Shown: one piece after another, positions 39,482 through 49,698 of the stretch
How positions within the stretch are numbered: the stretch's first letter is position 1
Layout of the letters: each line of letters begins with the position of its first letter
DNA from: Camelus ferus
Taxonomy: Eukaryota
Length of the DNA: 64,000 nt
Reading direction: 5' to 3'
Assembly (NCBI RefSeq): GCF_009834535.1
Contig: NC_045696.1
Span: forward strand, 5,768,001-5,832,000
The notes under the pieces: model-generated
What the model was told of the DNA's origin: nothing
Databases searched by the model: none
Seen by the model: only the letters and a program-made list of their open reading frames with translations
Position numbers and translations under genes: made by a program

Positions 39482-42023
39482 CCTTGAGGGAAAACCAGTT
39501 CATTTAAGGAGGGAATGGACTGGAATTTATAGTGAATGCTGGCTGTTGAAATTACTTTTTGTCCTACAATTCAGGGAATATATTTATATTTTTCTATGAA
39601 AAGTTACGAATGTGACTAAATCATGACTGTTATTTTATTTGCACTTGCCTTTGTAGCAGCATTCAGCACAGGTGCCAAAATACGCTTCACTTTGGGGGCA
39701 GATCTACTTTGACAGTATTTAACTACATAGAGCAGGGGTTTGAAGTATGTTAAACACTAGACATCCTGGTTCTCAAAGCCAGTGAGCATTACTTTCATGG
39801 TAGCAAGTGTCATACAGTTATTTTCTGAGTTCGTCAAGAGGTGGTAGTTTCTAATCCCAGCCCTGTTGTAGTGTAAACTCCATGTGACCTATGTTTACAG
39901 AGTCGTCATAAATACTATGTGCATACTGACGTAACAGTCATGGGAGGTGGAACCATGATCAGTAGGCAAGGTACCTACCACTTCTTTTCTTTCCCTGGCT
40001 ACTTGAGTAGAATGCATTATACCAGATTTGGTCATTTTCATTGAAATCGTTTCCAGTTTTCTTTCCAAATCCTGTTGGGTCTTCCTCTTTTTGTTTATTT
40101 TTAAGGAAAATATCCATTTTATTTTATAAACTTGAATTTATAAAGTGCCGGTAAATTATTTTTTTTAATGTTTTGATTGTATATTTTAAACCTTTAAGGC
40201 CAGACTATAGTGGCAGCATTTTCTTTTAAATTGTGCACTAACAAAATGCTATATAAATGCCTTTCTCAGATCTCCTGGTTTCCATGTACGAGATTTAACC
40301 AAAATCTTGGTCTTCCGTAGTCTCACTCTGTGAAATAGAGGAGTTCGTGTGCCTTAGACTTAGGTGTAAGTGTGTTCTTCAATAGTGTGTACAGGGCTAG
40401 AAGTATTTAAATTACATGTAGTTTCCCCCATCTCTATTGAAATTGTAGAGTTGAGTTTTGTTGAAAGAGTGCAATTGCAAATCTCTTTTATATAGGAAAA
40501 TAGTTTAATTCATTCTCCGTCTCTTTTAGTTTACTGCTGCCATGTGCAATCCCAGGCATTCTTTGCTGGTGCAACTAAGTATCTTTATTAGTGACCTCTA
40601 ATTTAAATCTAAGAAATTGTTCTGTATTGTGGGAAAATAATTTTCGAATCCATTTAAAGCAGAACTTTGACCACATCATCAGATACCATCGTACACTTAT
40701 TTTTGAGCCAAATATTTTTACTTGATAGGTTGTGCTACTCCAGACAGTGTAGGTGGCCATTCCTAGCTTGTTTGTGCCTGAAGATGGACTTGATTCAAGT
40801 GGTTTACGTATTTTGTAGCTGAGGGGTATGTTACAGTACCCCTATCCTTTGTTATTTATTGGCCCTAACTGTATTTGGGTTCAGACAAAACTAACCCTTT
40901 TCTCCTGTGTATCCTTCAGGTGGCAGATATGGAAAAGCATCAGACTCTGGTATCAGTGTTAGAATGTGCTTAAGTGTTGTTACTTTTTAGTTATCTATTC
41001 CATTTAACAGGGTAGAAAGTCCTTTCTCTTTCTACTCTGGTGTAAGGGGAAGGATGTCCTTAGACGTTACCAGCTGAGATAGGTGGGGTACCCACCTCTC
41101 TTTTGGTTGTTCAGAGAGCTATCACCACTTCAGAACTATGATGCTTTTCTTCTAAAAGCTCGTGTTAACTGTGCTGTTGACAGATTGAGTCAGGGAATTC
41201 ATCCTTGACTGTTGACCTGAAAAAAATAATGGAATGGGCTTTACTTCCCTAATTTTAAGAAATGGTGATAGATGTCATAGCTATTAATTTATTTTAACTC
41301 TTCTTAAGCTTCTGTTTTATATCTATTCTCAGGGTTATAACTCCATGTTTACCATCATCTGCAAAAGGGTACCAAAAAAATCCATAAATAAATAGGGAAT
41401 ATATTCATAAACACATGAGTTCTTTTGTTTGGTGAAATGATACTTTGACAATTTAGGCTTCATCAATAGAACTGTTCTTATCTTTTGGACTGAATTAACT
41501 GAATTGATTGGCTAGTCAACCAATTCCTAATTTTTCATTTTGTCCAAAATGGTTAGACCCTAGTATGTAGAAGCAGTGTTTTGGTTTCATCCGAAAAAAA
41601 ATGAGAATTGGCCTGGTGACTTTGAAAGCATGGTTGACGATGGTAGCTTCTCAAGTTCTGAAGTAAAACTAGGGGATTATAGAGGGAATCATTTTTATGG
41701 GTTTTTTTGGTCATGGTGCTATTCCTAAGGGTTAACTTTGAATATGTGACACACACTCCTAAGTACCTTTAAGGAAAATTAATAAATAATTAATAGTTCA
41801 AAATGTTTACATTGAGCACTAGAACATGTTTGACTTTTTTTTTTTCTATTTCTCCTTATGCGAAATGAGCAGGGATGTAATGCACAGATGTACTTTAATG
41901 TGTTTGGGGTCAGTTGTGTTTTTCTTGTGAAAAAAGACAAAAGGTTACAGGTTAAATGTGAACTGATCCAGAAGTAAGTGCTGTACTTTCCATTGCACTT
42001 GAAGTAATTTAATGGTGTATCTG

Positions 42024-42054
<31 letters not shown>
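42024..42054 (+). repeat. A31 homopolymer in the BRWD1 proximal 3'UTR / last intron
   Basis: Read directly. Confidence 0.95.
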
Positions 42055-42056
<2 letters not shown>

Positions 42057-44599
42057 CTACTGTGGTTGTGTATGTCCAAAGTCCTATGATTTTATTCATT
42101 TATGGTTAAAAGGTTTGAGGTGTATTTAGGTTTGACTTCTGATTCCTTTGAAAGACTAATTTTACCAAGCGTATTAAGACAAAAAGATTTCAAACATTTA
42201 GAAAAGTAAGTGAGATTTTTAAAAGCTCTTTTTTTCCTTCATTTCCTGCTTATTTAAAAAGGGTATACTGACAGTGTATAGTAACTTCTGAATAAAAGGA
42301 AGAGTTTATCCCATTTTCATATAATTCCTAGGGTAATTATTCTCCCTTTTTTATTTTAGGGGAAAATCTGATTAAACCTTTTGTAAATTTAGTACTCCTT
42401 TGAAAGAATGATAAGGCATTTACAGCTTCTAAGTTACAACACAAAAGTTACTTCTAGATAGTTGAAGAGTTGTACCTACAAAAGAAAGTTTTATGGTAAG
42501 AAAAAGAGGCAGGGGGGAAAGAACTTATGTTTTAGGAAGAGGCACTTTAAAACCTAGAAGTGCAAATGGGGAAAGGAGACATAAACCAGTAAAAATGCCA
42601 TCTGAAGGTACTACTGTCCAAAAATAAGAGTAAGACACATAACCAAATCCTTCACACCCCATTGGTTGATGACCTCTTAAATAAAAATTCTTAACTTAGA
42701 ATAACGTTGGGCCTATACTACATTCCCTGTCCCTCTTCTAGCCTTTTTTCCTTTAGAATAATCAGAACACAGAATTTATTAACTTCACTGTATGATATTA
42801 AAAACTAAAATGAAAGGATTTTGTTAATCCCTTCTGTCAGTACAAATTGAGTTTGATTGTGTCACCTGAAAAAATTGAGAGGTTTCAAGAACATTGCTAA
42901 AGGTACATACAATATTTTTGGTTTTCCTTTCTACTCAGTTGTTTTGACTTTTCAAGTAGTATTTAAATGGCTAGAAAAGGTCTTTTTGCCTTGCCTTTTT
43001 TTATAGCTGAAATGCCATCTCATTCTTTTCATTGATACTAAGTTAATATATTTATCAGTTATCTTGTAGTTGTCACCAGCTCCTTTAGTTGGTACATTAT
43101 ATGGAAATTGTAGTTCAGTTTTTTTAGTATGGTGACAAGCACCTTCATTATAGAAGAGCTTTCCATCTGTTCATTATTTAGTTACATCTCTCATTCTGTT
43201 GTGGGTATCAGGGAACAGTAAAGCAGAAACCCTAAGAAATTTGCAACTAACAATAAGACGATCTCTTAACCTCTAGTATTTCGGAACATGCAGAGCAAAC
43301 CGAATAAATTTGTCAAAGGTAGGGAAAAATGAAACATAGAAAAACCCGGTCCAACTAGATTAGTAAATGCTCATCCTACTTGTAGCACAAATTGTGCATT
43401 TAATGGAAAGGATTGAACTGTAAACGGTGTTGGTGAGGGCTGTGTATTCTTTTCTCACATTTTAAGAGAAGTTTTTACAGCTATTTTTTAAGGTTACAGA
43501 TGCTGCCTGAGGATGCATGGGAATTCTCAAAAGTTTAGAGAAATTTCTACCAATCGTAATCTGTCAAGCTGGTTCCAAATATATTGTTAATTTGGTAGAA
43601 AAATATCAAGACTCCTACTTGGTATCTCCTCAAGGATTGCTCTTCCGGGCTGGCAGGAGGGAGGCGGGGCCGGGGCATCCGCAGCATGAGGGCGGGCCCT
43701 GCAGACCCGCAGGCAGTCTCTGGCAGAGTGTGCGTGCTACAGGCTGTCTGCACTGGTAGTGTGATTGAACTTAATTATCAGTACTGCAGCATGTTGTCTG
43801 GTCATGCTTTAGTCTTTACGCTCTTTTAAGGTAAGTTTTATCATTTATTAAAATTTTAATGGGGATTTGGGCTGTAAAGAGAAAGGCATTCTGAGGATTG
43901 AGATGAGACGGCGCAGACTGGACTGCAGCAGCCAGCCCGACCTGCCATTGGTTCCACAAAGGAAAGTATTTAGAAATTACCGCCTTTTTTGATCAGTGGT
44001 TAAATGTTAAAGGAATCTTTAATAAGTTGAAGTTGATTTTCTAAGTGTTGATCCACACTGAGTCCTCGGACTGTTCAGGTACATTCAATTCACCTATAAA
44101 ATTCTAACCGTTTTACTGGAGCTGGTCAGAAAGGCAAGTCTTTAATTTTCCACTCCCTCATGCGAGTTCTGCTTTAACTTACTAAATTCACTCATAACCA
44201 CATCTAAGGCTTAGCATTGTCAACTAGGAACCAGTTCTTTTTGACAACTAACTGAAGTAGTAGAGTATGATAAATTTAATACTGTGATAATTACAAGCAA
44301 ATGTTTTTTTTGTCTTTTTATTTTTTTTTTAAACTACTGCAAGCTTCTAGCTGGTTAATTCTGTGAGGTTTGCAACATCCAATCAGTTTCCCTTGCAATT
44401 CACCTTTCCTTTTTGTCTGAAGCAGCTCCCCAACCTTCATCCACTTGTGATTTCTTATGCAGGCAGAATGCAGCGCAGTTTGTTGTACGAGCCAGGGCAG
44501 GGGAAACTGGAGGGAATCAGATGTGCTTGAAAGGGGCTGCCATTGGACTGTGGCATTGCTGCGTTTCATTCGTAAACTAATAAAGTAGATTGAAAACCC

Positions 44600-45040
44600 A
44601 GTATTTACTTCTGATACCTTCTTATCCTGCCTACGCTGGTCAGAAATGATCTGAGCTATCTCTTTAAAAACTCAAGCGGGGCTGCCTTTCACCTCTCCAG
44701 CACCTTCTTCCTCTGAGCCTCAGAAGCTCACCTGCCATTCATTCTTTTTGATCCTTGTTTGTTCTTTGCGCTGTTGCCTGTCTGTAACTTCTAATTAGTC
44801 CACATTCATTCTTACACCACTTCCTCAGGGCGGCTTTCCCTGACCACCCACACTCCCCAACATTCAAATGTCTTGTTGCAGATTCTCCAGCATTTTTTCT
44901 CTCTCCTTCACAGCACTTGTCACAATTGCAGTTTTTAAATGTTGTCAAAATTGCAGTTTTAAAATGTGTATAATTATCTGATTACTGCATTTTCCTCCAA
45001 TAAACTGATAGCTCTGTGAGAGCAAGGATCATAAAAGAGT
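44600..45040. mobile_element. L2 fragment
   Basis: ttcctcagggcggctttccctgaccacc...cttcacagcacttgtcaca...gctctgtgagagcaagga pattern. Confidence 0.6.
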
Positions 45041-48000
45041 ATCATTAAGCAGATAAGTTCCCTGAATTCATATAGTTTTTATCAGATTTAAAAAAAAAAG
45101 TTGCAATAGCCATCACAACTCTTGTGAGAATCATTAAGAATGACTGGTTCCCACTAACTTTTCTAGGGATGAGAGAAAACTGTGTAAGGATCTAGACTAG
45201 CTGTAGGTGCAGAACAAAAGAAGGCTCTGTGGTACCCATCACTGAGTGTGCTGAAGACTTTAGTTCATCTCTTCAACCATAGAAGGACCAAACTAGTGAA
45301 GAACAACTCTAGGTTACAGAATTACTTCCTACAGTCTCTTTACCTGACACTGTCATACTGAAGTTGACTTCTCAGTGTTACCAACTCCCCCTAGAAAAAT
45401 GTTAAACCCAGGGAGTTACAGAAAACACGGTTCTATAGTCCTTCTTTAAAGAGACTGACAGTTTGTGGTATCTTTTGGAAATTTATGCTTTAGGGACTAT
45501 CAGTGATAACTGCTATTTGCTTCCTGAGTTGTGGTCTTTTTCATTGCTTATCAGTGAAGGGCAGGGGCAGAGAGTGAAGAAAGGACGTCTCAGACCTGCC
45601 CTGGTAAGAGGCTTGCAGGGGAGAGGTTATTTACAGCTTAGAGGTTTCCTCTCCATAGGGGTTGGATTTATCCACCAACCACAGCAGCAAGTAATGTCAA
45701 TACAGTATATGAAATAGGCCAGTATGTTGTTTTCATTTTGATTCAGGCATTCTTTTATCTTTTTCCATTCTCAAATTTGTTTATTATACACACAATTAAA
45801 ATGCTGATTAGATGAAAATTTTTTATACTTCTGTAGCAATGATGTGACGTTTACTTTGGATTTAGGAAAACATCTTTGTATCATGGAATATCCTAATTGG
45901 AATATGAGTCATCCTTAAAATACAGAAACTAGGGATTATTGCTTTGAATCAAACTAATGTTTACATCCAAGTTGCTATTCACTACAGACCTATTAGAGTA
46001 TGTAGTGATCCATGAGTTACAATTTAAAGTGGTCATCTCGGTAAGCTGTGATGGAGCGCTATTAAAGATACATCTTCACTCTACTAGTGAGGTTTGACCA
46101 CACCCAGATAGGGAATCATTTACAGAAAAGCAGAAGCACCTCCAGCACTGAATGACTGTTTCAACACAGGTGGCTGACCCAATACCATCTGGGACAGCAG
46201 GACCTGTGGGATGGTACCGATTCGTTAGTATTGAATGACAACATCACAAATGTATTGTCAGAGCTGTATCCTCCAAAATTTTTAAGCTTGTACCCTAACA
46301 TATAAATTGGATTTCTCTCTTACCCTGAACTTCCTGTGTATATTTCTAAAAATTAGTTTTCTCAAGAAGAATAAAGCACTTTATAATTTACTAAGTTCTC
46401 AGTAATAAAGTTAACACTGACACGTATGTATTATTATATTTTTAAAAATTCCCCACACCATCTTTGGCGTTCCTCAGATTGTTTTTATCTTAATGAAATT
46501 CCCATTTTTATGGTCTAAGTCTTTAGAGACACGGCTTTATCAAGTTGGAGTCACTGTATACGATATAATTTAGTCCTGTATTCTCTCCCCTCTGGACATA
46601 GCTAAAATTTCCTTAAAATATTTTTAAAAGCCTGGGTTATCTTAACTTTTGTGTTATCTTAACTTTTCCCTTATTTTGGATTACAAATGTCTTAATTATA
46701 TTTACTAGGTTCCTAAGTTGTCAGTATAGGTGCTTCCATCACTACATCAGAAAGGAATTAATTACTGCAACTTAAATCATTTTGTCCCACAGAAATTCTG
46801 GGTGTAATTTTCCATCTGTACCGTTCAGCTGGGTGTGCTGTTGGGAATGAACCAGTAGTCTATTTTTAGTATTTTTTTTTCAGCGCGCAAATGGATGCCT
46901 GCGTTTAGTTGGCTGATAACAGCACATCATCTTACCATAAAGCACAAATTTCAACTTAATTTTGCTATATATTTTTAAAAACTTCATTTATCTGTTGTAG
47001 TCTATTTATATTCTAACATTTACTAAACATTGATTTAATGTGTTAAAGATTCACTTTGAATCTAGGGGTGGTTTGCAGAGACAGAAGTTTATAATTTAAA
47101 AATTCCTAAGGAAACATTCTTGGAAGGTGAAAACGTTAAGCCACGCCTCCATTCACTCCCCTATCTCACGTGCACGTGACTCCGCGGAGCCCAGCCGAGG
47201 GTGCGGAGGGCACGTGAATGGGCGCGGCCATGCTCCGTCAGCTGCGAAGCTTGTCTTTAGAAATAGGATTAATCTGGGAAAGCATATGGATCTTGTAACT
47301 GGCAAAAAGGACGTGCATTTATGGGGGGACGCTTTTAGTAAAGTAGTTCGTAATGTGTTTTGGGGGAACTTTTATGGGTCTTGGAGAAAGCACAAGCACA
47401 TCTTTGAAATGAGTTTGATAGACTTTAGGTAAAATCTGAAGGGCTTTGCTTTTGAGGGTGGAACATTTTCCTCTTTAGTCCTTGGTCTACTGTTAACATG
47501 TCAACCCACAAGCCATTTTCACCTGTGCTCACTGCCTTTGGTGACAGAAAGGTAAACATCTCCTCTCACAAAAGGAAAAACCAAGAAGGTTGGTAGTTTG
47601 TAGTTTCACTCTACAGAGTAACAGTGTTGACAGCTGACAAAACCCTTACTGTCTAGTCCTTAGCTGTGAGAAGGATGTGTAGTGGAAATGAGTCCTCGGG
47701 GTGCCGTGCGGTTACTGCAGCATCTGCAGCGGCTGCTTCCCGGCTGCTGGCTGGCTGGAACCCCGAGGCGGGGCCCTGTAAGCTCGCCTCCCAGCCAGAC
47801 CTGGGAGCCCTGCAGACAGTTCTAGGTGGTTTGACTGTTAACGGCAGCAAGACTAGGTCGCCAAAAGATGAGGCCTAACATTCAGGAGCTAATGAACTTC
47901 AGATGCATTTTTATCAAGAAGTACTTTTTGCCCCAGAATAGTGCTAATTAACCTTGTATTTGAAATTTGAAAATCTGGCTTTGAGATGCTGGCAAAAATA

Positions 48001-49306
48001 AAAATGTTTTGAGCCCATCTAAGCTGGTGGACGTGGAGTAGTAGGCCCGGCACCACGTGGCTCCTCAGCCCTCCAGCGTGATCCACCTGAAGCCTCCCGC
48101 CCAGATCGCCCCAGCCCACAGGAAGGACTTGCCTCTGGAGGGCGCTGCTTTTTTTTTTAAACACCTTTATTGGGGAACAATTCCTGTACAGTAAGCTACA
48201 CATATTTCAGATGTACAGTTTGATAGATTTTGATAGATGTACACACTTATGAAACCACCACAACAGTCACTCCCCAGGAGGTGAAAATTTCGAACTCCTG
48301 ATTTATCCCTTCCCACCCCTTTTACCCCCCCCCCCCCCCGTAACCGTAAGTTTGTTCACTGTGTGAATCTGTTTCTGATTTGTAGGCAGAATGCTTTTTG
48401 TCCTGCCTTCTGACTGGTGGATCCCGTCACAGTTTCTAGCTCTCAGCTACAGTACCACATCCAAGCTGCCCTTGCCCCTTAGTTTAGGCTGGGTTTCTAG
48501 AATATGTTCTCACAGCACCCCGCACTTCCTGGTTCCTTACAGCCGCTGCACTTACACGTGTAGAGTTTGTTTTGGAATCAGCCTGGTCCTCCCTGTGCCC
48601 AGCACGTACCTAGCTCAGAAAATACTTGAGTAACAATGAAACTAGAGTCTAATTTCAGTTATATAAAATGCTGAAATAATTTGAAAAAAATGAATCTAGG
48701 ATTAAAACCACATTTCGGTTATATAAAACTAATATACAATTCCTTTTTATCTGCTAGTGACCCATGTAATTTTTTTGAGTAAAGGAAGTACTTGTGTTGG
48801 AATGAAAACCTTAAGGATCCCATTGGGCCAGGGCTTTTGCAGCATCACAGTCATGGTGGCGTTTCCTTCTTGTTTAGGTTCTAGGAAAATTATTTCAGAA
48901 ATCCTATGGACCATTTTAAAGTAGTTCAGCATAGATTAGAAATTATACTAAAAAATTTAAACCTATATAGTTTTATTTTTAAAAAGTGCTTTTAGGTCAG
49001 TGGCTTTATGACACTGAAGGTACTTAACATATTCTTACAAGCCTGCTGCTGCTGTGACAGTTATCCTCACAGATGGTAAAGTATGTGCGGTGCGAGGGAC
49101 CCTAGCTTCCACTCAAGACTTCCTTTTGTAGACAAGGAAATGGAAGCTTATATCAATGTCAAAAACGTGTAGTATCACTGATGATCACTTATGTCTTTGT
49201 TTTTTATTTAGCATCGTGAGTAGGAATGTATTGTTGAGGAATGTAAGTAGTAAAATCTTGTGTTACAAGGTTTTGGCATTTACATGAACTTTCACTCATT
49301 TTTCAG

Positions 49307-49698
49307 AATCTGTTCCTAGAGACAGAGAACCCAATACACAAATGAGAACATGTATGCATAATCAGAAGGATGCAGTGCAAATGCCTAGTGAAACTCTGAA
49401 AGCAAAAATGGTACCTGAGAAAGTTCCCCGCAGATGTGCTACTGTTGCTGCAAATAAAATAAAGATAATGAGTAATCTAAAGGAAACGATTTCAGGACCA
49501 GAAAATGTCTGGATTAGGAAGAGTAGCAGAAAACTGCCCCATCGAAATGCTTCTGCTGCGGCTAAGAAAAGATTACTGAATGTTTATAAAGAGGATGATA
49601 CAACCGTAAATTCTGAAAGTGAAAAGGAGCTAGAAGATATTAATAGAAAAATGCCCTTTTTAAGGCGGTTCAGATCCTGGAAAGAAAAAGCACAGTAG
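49307..49698 (+). CDS. BRWD1: BRWD1 distal last exon ([21 protein letters not shown]...RSWKEKAQ*), isoform-A-type C-terminus
   Basis: tttttcag acceptor, phase 1; ORF 49342..49698 matches the remembered human isoform A C-terminus; TAG followed by TGA. Confidence 0.93.
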
